Below are positions 49,724 through 59,352 of a DNA stretch of 64,000 nucleotides, in pieces; within the stretch, counting starts at the first letter, position 1, and every line of letters begins with the position of its first letter. The stretch lies in assembly GCA_964106645.2 (NCBI GenBank), contig OZ067043.1. One strand, given 5' to 3'. A program made the translations under genes and the position numbers. Source of the stretch: Podarcis pityusensis (taxonomy: Eukaryota). A model generated the notes under the pieces. The model had not been told where the DNA came from, made no database searches, and worked only from the letters and a program-made list of their open reading frames with translations.

Positions 49724-49844
49724 TACTTCGACTGTAAGCTTCCTCCTTTCTTTGCGAAGCTGAGACACCTGGATATTGCAAAGTTTGCAACATCAACCTG
49801 TTAATGGAATCTTTTGAGGGTGTGTTGAGACACAAGGTCTAGAC

Positions 49845-50027
49845 CAGGGGTCAGCAAGGCTTACCAGGAATGGGCCGGATTACTCCCTCAGAGATCCTCC
49901 ATGGGCCAGACCGGCGCAGCGCCACGCCAGAAATAGCATTTGCACATATCCGCAGCGCCAGAAATCGCTTCTGTGCATGCCCAGATGCCGAAAATCATAC
50001 CCATGGGCCTTAGGTTGCTGACCCCTG
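49845..50027. mobile_element. hAT MITE
   Basis: caggggtcagcaa ... ttgctgacccctg; perfect 8-bp TSD gtctagac at 49837-49844 and 50028-50035. Confidence 0.9.
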
Positions 50028-50400
50028 GTCTAGACACATGCATATGGAACATGGCAAGCTGCTCACCAGGTGCACATGGTCTCCTTTTCCACGAGGAAGA
50101 CGAAACCACAGAGAATTAACTTGGAAACTCTTCCTCCGTTCGACTATGGTTGCAATTTGTGGGCAGTCATTTAATTTTATCCTGATTCTAATTTTTAAGC
50201 TGTATTTTAATCAATTGTTTGATTGTGTTTTAATGTATTTGATATTTGATGTTAGCAGCCCTGAGCCCAGTCTTGGCCGGGGAGGGCGGGGTATAAATAA
50301 AAATTTACTTACTTACTTTTGAAACTCCTCGGAACCACTCCAGAAATCTCGCACACCTTCTAGATGGAAATGAAAGCTGATTTTTTCCCCCCAATTGCAG

Positions 50401-50543
50401 ATACAGAACAGACAAAGCAGATTGTATTTGTGCCCACAAAAGAGCCGGCTTTTGTCACTGTTCCTCAGAACAGCTTTGGGGAGCCGTTTGTGCTGAGTCC
50501 TAATGTGTGGTCTCTGGTCATTGAAGTCGAGGATGTACTACTG
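50401..50543 (+). CDS. LAMA5: LAMA5 exon ~24
   Basis: cag|ATACAG...CTACTG|gtaagg; 143 nt, starts in phase 1; TEQTKQIVFVPTKEPAFVTVPQNSFGEPFVLSPNVWSLVIEVEDVLL. Confidence 0.96.
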
Positions 50544-50632
50544 GTAAGGGTGGCCGTCCTCCCCTTTTCTCCCCTTTGGGTCAGGACCGTGGCGAGAAAA
50601 ACTAAGTCTTGCATTTTTACCCTTCCTTCCAG

Positions 50633-50739
50633 GATTACATGGTCCTGTTGCCCAGTTCCTACTACGAGGCTCCTATATTGCAGCTCAGAGTCTCAGATCC
50701 TTGCACCTACGGCCCATCTCCTGAACAAGTTGGTCAGAA
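50633..50739 (+). CDS. LAMA5: LAMA5 exon ~25
   Basis: cag|GATTAC...CAGAA|gtaagg; 107 nt; [35 protein letters not shown]. Confidence 0.96.
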
Positions 50740-50878
50740 GTAAGGCTTCCATTTTCATCTTTGCTATAGGATTAGATCGTACTGGAGCCGATTTCCTTGG
50801 CTCAGATTTCCAGTACTTCATTCTAGCAGACACCTTTATACTGAGAGAGAGAAAAAAGCTATTCCTCTTCCTTTCTAG

Positions 50879-51032
50879 CTGCCTCCTGTATAAGTACGTG
50901 CCTGTGGAGCAGTTCCCCTTTGGGTCAGGAGACGATGCTATATGTAAGGTGGACAACAGCTTGCCGAGACCCTGTCCGAAAGTGCAGGTTTTGCCTACGT
51001 ACCCTGAGATGGTGGAATGCAATGGAAGAGAT
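50879..51032 (+). CDS. LAMA5: LAMA5 exon ~26
   Basis: tag|CTGCC...AGAGAT|gtaagt; 154 nt; CLLYKYVPVEQFPFGSGDDAICKVDNSLPRPCPKVQVLPTYPEMVECNGRD. Confidence 0.96.
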
Positions 51033-51067
51033 GTAAGTGGTCCTGCTCACACTGATGCCATTCTAAA

Positions 51068-51243
51068 GGCAGCCCTGTTTAGGGAAGCTTTTAATATTTA
51101 ATAGGTTATTGTATTTTAGTGTTTTGTTGGAAGCCGCCCAGAGTGGCTGGGGAAACCCAGCCAGATGGGCGGGGTATAAATAATAAATTATTATTATTAT
51201 TATTATTATTCACCACTGAAAACTTGTAGTGCTGCTCTCTAGC

Positions 51244-51274
<31 letters not shown>

Positions 51275-51355
51275 TTATTTGTACCTCACCCATCTGGCTG
51301 GGTTTCCCTAGCCACTCTGGGTGGCTTCCAACAAAGATTAAAAATACATTAATTG
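51068..51355. mobile_element. Two L2-like 3' end fragments, tail-to-tail
   Basis: + copy ...gccgcccagagtggctggggaaacccagccagatggg...(tat)n, then - copy (aat)n...cccatctggctgggtttccctagccactctggg. Confidence 0.8.
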
Positions 51356-51703
51356 TATTAATTAAGAAGCATTGCACTCTTCTCCAGGTAGCATGAATTT
51401 CTTTCTCCCCATTGGTCACCTCGCGTTAATCTAAGCACTGTCCCTGATGCCTTTTGGGAAGTACTTTTAACTGGCCAGATCTGTTGATGATACATAATGG
51501 CCACATGAAATTTCCATGTTGAGAGGCAGAACGCCACTGAATTATGGGCAGCTGGGGAGCAACAGCAAGGGAGGGCTGTTGGCGTCATCTCCTACTTGGG
51601 GGCTTCCTGTTTGGGAATCTATAGATGCTGGACTTAGATGGACCCAACTGGATCCAATCCAGCAGGGCTCGTCTTAGGTTCTTGAGATGTGGGGAGTGCA
51701 TCT

Positions 51704-51957
51704 GGGAGCCAGTGTGGTGCAGTGGTTAAGAGCAGTAGACTTGTAATCTGGTGAACCGGGTTCGCGTCCTCGCTCCTCCACTTGCAGCTGCTGGGTGACC
51801 TTGGGCTAGTCACACTTCTCTGAAGTCTCTCAGCCCCACTCACCTCACAGAGTGTTTGTTGTGGGGGAGGAAGGGAAAGGAGATTGTTAGCCACTTTGAG
51901 ACTCCTTAGGGTAGTGATAAAGCAGGATATCAAATCCAAACTCTTTTTCTTCTTCTC
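51704..51957 (+). mobile_element. tRNA-derived SINE (Squam3-like)
   Basis: A-box tggtgcagtgg, B-box-like ggttcgcgtcc, core gctgggtgaccttgggctagtcac, tail ctcttttttcttcttc. Confidence 0.8.
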
Positions 51958-52508
51958 TTAAGTTCAGACTAATAGCCATAGTCCAGACACCTCAGAGGCA
52001 ATTGTTAAACAACTATAGAATTCATAGATCATGAATTCTGTTTCTTGGCCTACAAACAGAAGAGTCAGATGCAGAAGGGTTGACTGCAATTCTGCTTGCT
52101 TATTGTGGAATAAGTCCTAAGTGGGACTTAGCTTCCAAGTAACTGAAAATAGGATTGTACTGCTAGGCTGATTCTAATTTAATGTTTTCTTCTGCAGGAG
52201 TGCTTTCCCCCAGAAAATGCAATGCTGGCGTTGAAAAACATGGCTTCTGGCTTCTATCGTGTTTCTGTCCCGTTACAACAAAAGATACACATATTTCAAT
52301 TCTGGTTTAATTTCATATATGTGTCTTAATGCACCATAATTCCCCCCAAAACATTTCCTGGAACATGGAAGATGACATGCCAAAAGTTGACTTGTATGAG
52401 ATTTCATAGTGTGCTTGTTTCGAAGCATAGATTTAGATTTATGTCAGGACCTCCTGAGCCCCAGTATAATGTGCTTTTCTCCTAATATCTGCTCATTCTT
52501 GTGTGCAG

Positions 52509-52669
52509 GTGGAAATACAGCTGTCAATTGCCATACCCCAGCCAGGGAAGTATGCGCTCCTGGTTGAATATGCCACTGAGGATACTCCACAAACAATCAA
52601 TGTCGCGGTCAGCTCACCGCAGCTTGCCGTTCAGCAGGGCACTCTCCTTATATACACCTGCAAGTACAG
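52509..52669 (+). CDS. LAMA5: LAMA5 exon ~27
   Basis: cag|GTGGAA...TACAG|gtatgc; 161 nt; VEIQLSIAIPQPGKYALLVEYATEDTPQTINVAVSSPQLAVQQGTLLIYTCKY. Confidence 0.96.
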
Positions 52670-53349
52670 GTATGCCCTCAAGATGAAAGACAGAGTGCGG
52701 TCCTAATGGAGGAACAGACACTCCTCATTATGTTGCATAGTTTGTGACTCGAGCTTTCTTGCTATTTCATTTTACTGTTGTTATTGTGGGGGTTGTCTCA
52801 GAATTAGCAGTTAGCCTTCTTGAGCTGTAAGCATCTGTTTAAATTTCCTTGGTTATAACTGGGCCAAAACAAAGATCCGTCCCATGCAATTAACTTGCAT
52901 TATCTCTTTCAAAGCAGCTGAGTGAAGGAAGACCAAGCGAGAGAGATCAAGGCTGTGGGGATCTTCAGCACACTTCTAAAGTGTCTGCTGGAGACTTTGC
53001 AGGGAAATTAACAGGGATTTAGTAAAGAAGCCACAGAAATAGAGAGCAGGACAATGCAGCCTATGGTTATTGCTCAACTAGGGAGGGGAGGCAATGAGTT
53101 GATAGTCTGCCTGTCCTGTTACACAGTATAATAACTACTTCCTGCTTTGCCGAGCCAATGTAGCATATAGAGGTTAGAGTACCAAACTTAAGACTGGATT
53201 GATGAAGGTTCAGATCCCCACTCTGGGTCAGTCACAGCTTTGGGTCAGTCACAGCCTCTCAGCCTGACCCACAGGGCTATTGTGAGAATAAAAGTGGAAT
53301 GGGGGAGAGTAACTTATATGAAGCCTCTACCTCCTTTGAGGATATACAG

Positions 53350-53674
53350 CAGGGGTCAGCAAACTTTTTCAGCAGGGGGCCGGTCCACTGTCCCTCTGAC
53401 CTTGTGGGGGGCCGGACTATATTTTTTGGGGGAAATTAATAAACGAATTCCTATTCCCCACAAATAACCCAAAGATGTATTTTAAATAAAAGCACACATT
53501 CTACTCATGTAAAAACACCAGGCAGGCTCCACAAATAACCCATAGATCCATTTTAAATAAAAGGACACATTCTACTCATGTAAAACACACACTGATTCCC
53601 TGACTGTCCGTGGGCCGGATTTAGAAGGCGATTGGGCCAGATCCGGCCCCCGGGCCTTAGGTTGCCTACTCATG
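53350..53674. mobile_element. hAT MITE with internal tandem duplication
   Basis: caggggtcagcaaact ... aggttgcctactcatg; duplicated cacaaataaccc...ctcatgtaaaa unit. Confidence 0.82.
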
Positions 53675-54117
53675 ATATTGTACAGGATACAATAAGCAAG
53701 GACTGAATGGTCTGAAGTCAATTTGCGTTCCATGCAGTTGTGTGAAAGGCACGGGCTCTTAGTATTGCATATACCAGTGCCAGAAACCTGGACCAAGAGT
53801 CCATGTTCTCAGAATAAGGAGGGGTGAAATTGAAAATAGCAGGAGCATCCTAAGCCTTGGTGCTCTATTTAAGCAACTAGACAGTATTTATATAAATGAC
53901 AGATTTATGGAATTGTCTGGGAACTCCTTCAACTTCAGCCCATGAACTTAACGATAGGAAACGAAGACCTGGATATCCTTGGGAAACACCCCGATGCTAT
54001 TACTCAAAGAAAGCAATTCAAAGAGTTACAAGGGAAACCACCAAGGGGGTGGGGTGGGGAAGAGTACTTGGCAGGATAAGACTATCCTTGAGCTTGACCT
54101 CTGCTTTTGTCTTGCAG

Positions 54118-54226
54118 TTTCCTCTGCCGTGGGATAGTTTTAGATTCGCTAAATCGCTTGGCAGCTTTCGATCTGGCCACCAAAGCTACGATTCAGTTCT
54201 CTGCAGATCAGGCCCACTTTTTCTTG
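54118..54226 (+). CDS. LAMA5: LAMA5 exon ~28
   Basis: cag|TTTCCTC...TTCTTG|gtaagc; 109 nt; FLCRGIVLDSLNRLAAFDLATKATIQFSADQAHFFL. Confidence 0.95.
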
Positions 54227-54374
54227 GTAAGCCTTTGAAGCAAAGCATTGCCAGACTGTGGCAAAATGTCTACAGCAAACCTGACAATTCGAAGGTGGGG
54301 GCAAGTGGAAGAGGAGGAATATTAGTGGCTGTGGGGTGGGGAAAGATTGGAGATGGGAAACCAACTTTGGACAC

Positions 54375-54669
54375 TGAAATATACTCGGAGTCGAGTGTGG
54401 ATTTCATGCTCTTTATTCAGCTCATAGTAGTGAGGAATGGAAGTTCCCCTGAAATGTCTGCTTTATATACATTATTTACACAATGGGCCCCTTGTGATTG
54501 GCTAGTTCCAGGATTCTTCTGTAGGCCAATCAGGTTGCGGATTCACTTCCACCTGGAGTTGGATTGGGTGGCTCCTGCGGACCAATCAGACTGCTGCATT
54601 CTGGATCCTATTGTTCTAGGACCAATCAGACTGCTGCAATTTGGATCCTATTCAACTCAGTACATAGCA
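54375..54669 (-). mobile_element. Solo LTR (295 bp)
   Basis: TG...CA ends; perfect 5-bp TSD GACAC at 54370-54374 and 54670-54674; minus-strand TATATAAA followed by AATAAA; repeated CCAAT boxes. Confidence 0.85.
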
Positions 54670-55387
54670 GACACAGTCTGAGCCAAGGAGTAGGAAGGCA
54701 TGATGCAAGCTCTGAAAGAGATTTCTGTGTTTATGTTCTCAGTTCAGTGACAGGAAAAGGTTTCTTTTGCTCTTGAGAAGCAGTCAAGATGAATAATGTT
54801 TTTTGCTTTGGCAAACTTGGTGGGTCTATCCCACTGTTAGTCTATGGCCTTAGTCTTCCCATTTCCCCCTTACTAGGAAGGGAATCTATTCATCCTTCCC
54901 TTATATTTTCATATCATAGGTAGCACCAGAATTATTTCAATTTAGTTTCTGGGAAATAATTATGGAGTTTGCATCAGAATTATCTAGATCTAGTTTCTGG
55001 AGGAATATGGAAGTTCACCACAATAAAAAGTCACTTTCTTGGCAAAGAAGCTTTTACTAGGAAATGCTGATGCAAACATCACAGCATCTGGTGATATGAG
55101 CCAGTAACCATTCTCGTAACATATCTTGTGAGGACACAGAGTAGACTGCAGCTGTTAGTTCTGGGACTAGACAAAATGTGAAACAGATTTTGTCTCATCA
55201 CACAGACACCTGCTGCATTCCTCCATAGGTGGGTGTTTTGTTGTGTGAACAGCAAATGTGAGAGTTCTAAATTGTCCTACATAAAATGTTTCTAAAAGTA
55301 ATATTTGCACAGACCTAGAAGCAAAAGCACGAGTGGTTCTCCTCTCCACCATGCCCAACCTTGTTTTCCCTTCTCTTCTGTCTTTAG

Positions 55388-55485
55388 CACAAAGTGTACC
55401 TCATCCCATATGAACAATTCACATTAGAGTTTGTGGAACCAAATGTTCACTGCATCAGTGTCCATGGAGCATTCTCACCAAACAG
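55388..55485 (+). CDS. LAMA5: LAMA5 exon ~29
   Basis: tag|CACAAA...AACAG|gtaaag; 98 nt; [32 protein letters not shown]. Confidence 0.95.
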
Positions 55486-55699
55486 GTAAAGATCTTTAAA
55501 AAATGTATTATGCTTAAAACCGGAGCTTCCATTGGTCTCTCACCCAGGCAATTGACCAAGTCTAGTTTTAACGGTGCTACAGTGCACATTAAATGCTTCA
55601 AAAACCATTCACTAGATCCTGTTAATGGCTTAAAGAGTTCTCAAATGATTGAAGACGAACGTGCCCCAGAGTAACTGCCATGGCGCCTTGTGTTATGCC

Positions 55700-55840
55700 A
55701 GGTGTGGCAAATGTTTGGCCCTCCAGATGTTGCTGTGCTACAGCTCCCATCATCATCCCTGTCCACTGGTCATGCTTGCTAGGGCTGATGGAAATTGTAG
55801 TTCAGAAACATCTGGGGGTCCAGAGGTTCCCCACACTTGT
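55700..55840. mobile_element. Diverged hAT palindromic MITE
   Basis: caggtgtggcaaat...ccctccagatgttg...aacatctggggg...cacacttg. Confidence 0.65.
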
Positions 55841-56096
55841 GTTAGGCTTTATATGCCATCGTCTTATTTTAATGGGTTATGGGTGGTATTGTATTTTAAT
55901 TAGTTAATAAGGTCAGCATGTATGGTGCTTTACAAGAGTTAACATAAACAAAAGACAAGTGTGAAGGACAGGAGAAGAAGCAAGGGTAACCTTGAATGAC
56001 TGGATCAGAGCAAGTGAAGTCACATTATGCTTCATTTCACTTGCAGGTAGTATCTTGCAAGACAGTGTAAAGAGTGCTCAAGCACCATTTAACTAC

Positions 56097-56444
56097 TACA
56101 GTGGTACCTCGCAAGATGAATGCCTCGCAAGACGAAAAACTCGCAAGACGAAAGAGTTTTTCATTTTTTTAGTTGCTTCGCAAGACAAATTTCCCTATGG
56201 GCTTGCTTCGCAAGACGAAAACGTCTTGCAAGTTAGTTTCCTTTTTCTTAAAACCGTTAATACCCAGGGTGCATTGCTTGAAGAGGTGCAGTTGCGACTT
56301 GACTTCGAGGAGCAACTTATAGCACGCGGTGTCATAGCCTTTTTTGAGGTTTCCTATGGGAAACCATGCTTCGCAAGACGAAAAATTCGCAAGACGAAAA
56401 AACTCGCAGAACGAATTAATTTCGTCTTGCGAGGCACCACTGTA
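56097..56444. mobile_element. Tc1/mariner MITE family C
   Basis: ta-cagtggtacctcgcaaga ... tcttgcgaggcaccactg-ta. Confidence 0.88.
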
Positions 56445-57134
56445 TCGGGGTCAGGTGTGGGTGTCCAGGATTCTCCACAGCTAATTCTCAAATTCCATTA
56501 GAGAGTCCACTTGGAATGATCTGTGGAATTTTGTATGTATGGTATTTGTATGCTTTGGTCTGAACATTGTCATCAGTAGCCCTTGGTATCTGTTGAATCT
56601 AGGTATCCCAGTGGGCAGCTGCAGTAGCTAATTCTTGCCAGGAATTGGAGACTATATAATATTGGGAGGGTAGCTAGTACTTGGCACAGGAGAGTAGGCA
56701 CTTGAGGCTATGAAGGAGAAGAGGCACCACGTATTTTCCAAAGGAAGTATGGAGAAAGGTCCATCTAAGTGAGCGTCCTGTTCCCTGTGATAGCTAATCA
56801 GATGTCTCTGGGAAGCCTCTGAGCAGAACTTGAACCCAACAACTGATTCCTGGTGACCTACTTCATCTGATCTTGAATGGTTAATAGCCCTTGCTAGACC
56901 TACCCTCCATAAATATGCTTAGCCCCTTGTAAATGTATATTCCCACTCAGAACTAGGAGGACACCCTATGATGGGGATTCCTATCATGCAGATTCTTAAA
57001 CCTTAGTTCTCTTATTGTTTCTTCATCCTAGTGGATGAAGCTCAACTAAAAGGATGCAGTATCAGTTTACAGTTGAACTCCTCCCTTCCCCATCTCTTAT
57101 CCAGACTAGGTGAAGCTTGACTAAGTTTTAGATT

Positions 57135-57321
57135 CTAGATTCAGGTAGGTAGCTGTGTTGGTCTGACACAGTTGGGGGGGGGGAATTGTCTAGTAGCCCC
57201 TTATAGACCAGCTAAGTTTGTTCTGGTCTAAGCTTTCGTGTGCGTGGTATCTGAAGAAGTGTGCATACACACAAAAGCTTATACCAGAACAAACTTAGTT
57301 GGTTTATAAGGGGCCACTAGA
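57135..57321. mobile_element. Penelope-like element remnant (inverted pseudo-LTR hairpin)
   Basis: Arms tctagtagccccttatagaccagctaagtttgttctgg / ccagaacaaacttagttggtttataaggggccactaga; flanking 13-bp repeat taagttttagatt. Confidence 0.75.
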
Positions 57322-57508
57322 TAAGTTTTAGATTGTATATAGGAGCCAGGAGAAAGATGCTGTCCCCTATCTAATAAAGTCTTCCTGTAATCCTGTAGAA
57401 GGCATGCTTTGCATTATGGGCATTTGAATTCCCTTCCTTGCTGTGTTCCCATGGGACTTTTGTTTGACTCCAGAGCCCATAAAATTCTTCTTCTTTTCTC
57501 CTCCAAAG

Positions 57509-57710
57509 TAGTTCCTGTGTCCCATCAAGGTATCAGAAGATTTCGCAGTCAGTTGTCTTGGAGGAAGGGCAGTTACTACCAGTCGCTCCAGGCTTCCCCC
57601 TGATTCATGCCTTCAGTGTCCCCCCAGTGGCTATTCCACCTGCAGCTCCACTTCAGCCTCCTACCTTATTAGACTCCTCTGCAGAGCTCATCCTGCTAAA
57701 GGCTCCCCAG
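57509..57710 (+). CDS. LAMA5: LAMA5 exon ~30 (acceptor at 57509 or 57512, NAGNAG)
   Basis: ctccaaag|tag|TTCC...CCCCAG|gtaagt; (S)SCVPSRYQKISQSVVLEEGQLLPVAPGFPLIHAFSVPPVAIPPAAPLQPPTLLDSSAELILLKAPQ. Confidence 0.92.
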
Positions 57711-58822
57711 GTAAGTGTGATGAAGAGGAAATTAGAAACTAGCATTTGTTGAGATCAGGCCCAATTGCCTTCAGGATCCGGCCTGCGGACTCTCCGTAGA
57801 TCAGCGTGGGGATTCTGTTTGTTTGGGCTGCGCCATCCCCCCCCGCCATTCCATCCCCCCCCCACACCACAGCGGTGCCTCCTCCCTCCCTCCCTCCCTC
57901 CCTCCCTCCTGGCTTCGGCCCGCCCTGCCTAGAGGAGGAAGGGGGCTGGGCTGGGCTGGGCTGAGCTGACTGAACGCCATTTTAAGCAGCCCCTCTCTGG
58001 GGCCAGCCCTTTCACGCTGTTCATCTTCCCTCTGCTACTGCCGCCACCACCCTGGTGCTCCTGTGGGCCAGAGAGCGGAGCAGACAAGCTCGCTCTGCCT
58101 ACCCACGAGAAGCAGCAGCAGTGGTGGTGGTAGTGGTGGTGGCAGTGGCAGCCCCAGGGAAGACATTATGAGCTAGACATTATGGGAGGTATCCAGTGCT
58201 CCCGTTCTGGAGTATTATCCTCCCCTTCTCCCATGCATGCTGAGCATCCTCAGAATCAACTCTGGATGGTTCAGGGACCCTCCAGAGAATATTTTGGGGG
58301 CATGCTGGGAGAGGAGAGGGAATGAAAGTGCCATTGCACCAGTGGAACTTGGCCAGTGCTGCTTTAGAGACAACACAAAATCCATAGTGTAAGTGTTGTT
58401 GTTTCTTTAATGCGAAAGGAAATGCAGCCCTAGGACTCCTCTGCAGTGTGTCAGGAAGTCCATATGTGAAGGAGGTTTTGGTTCTGATGTTTGTTTGTGG
58501 GCATCACCCTCTTCCTCTAATTGAAGTGGGCCGCAGCAGGTGGGCAGAGAAGCAGCAGCACAGAAATGTTGGCAGTGCCTCAGATGTAACAGGAGAGTAT
58601 TTCACGGCATGTGCCCCTGCTGACTTAGCAGTCTTTTCTTGTGGAGGTACCTTTATAGGGAAAATAAATACCAGCAGAAATTCTTATATCCCAGTCTTTT
58701 CCTTTGGGGTGGCTGGTTCTGACATAAGCGGGACTGAAGTCGCGGACGCATCCTGAAATTTAAAAATCAGCGACACGAGGAAACAATAGTGTTTAGGATT
58801 CTGCCCGTGTGCTTTCTTGTAG

Positions 58823-58949
58823 ACAACTATTGTGTTGAATGGCCACATCCAAAGTCTGGGGCGTTATGCCTTCATCCTGCACTGTTACCAGCCCAGTCAC
58901 CCAACTTTTCCTGTGGAAGTGTTGATCAACGGTGGACGTATTTGGCAGG
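58823..58949 (+). CDS. LAMA5: LAMA5 exon ~31
   Basis: tag|ACAACT...GGCAGG|gtaagt; 127 nt; [42 protein letters not shown]. Confidence 0.96.
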
Positions 58950-59064
58950 GTAAGTGATCCTCCGGTTTGTGTTGGGGCTTGTAGGGCTGCAAGCGAAGCA
59001 GTATTAATAGTAAATTAAGGGTGGGGTTCAATGAATGAGTCCCATCAGCGGAAGTCTGTGCAAT

Positions 59065-59179
59065 GGGGCTTTTGTTTAGGGAAGTTTTTTAATGTTTGAT
59101 TGTTTATTGTGCTGCTAATTCTGTTGGGAGCCACCCAGAGTGGCTGGGAAGGCCCAGCTAGATGTGTGGGGCATAAATA

Positions 59180-59220
<41 letters not shown>

Positions 59221-59222
59221 GT
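59065..59222 (+). mobile_element. L2-like 3' end with (TAT)n tail
   Basis: gccacccagagtggctgggaaggcccagctagatg...(tat)n. Confidence 0.75.
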
Positions 59223-59352
59223 ATTACCATCCCCTGCACGCTCCCCCCACAAAAAAACTTGTCTTGGGGGGTGGTCTGGAGAATCCCCAGAACTGTATGT
59301 GGGGGTGGGGGGAGAAAGTGGGGGTTGTTCTGTCTGGCAAGCTGAAATTCTT

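Noticed and set aside
50364-51101. 245-aa ORF as an independent gene
   Set aside because: It is LAMA5 exons 24-26 read through their introns.
51704-51780. tRNA gene
   Set aside because: The A/B boxes belong to a SINE head followed by SINE body and tail; the same applies to the Sauria SINE heads.
53896-54681. 261-aa ORF
   Set aside because: It crosses exon 28 out of frame and runs into a solo LTR; chimeric chance ORF.
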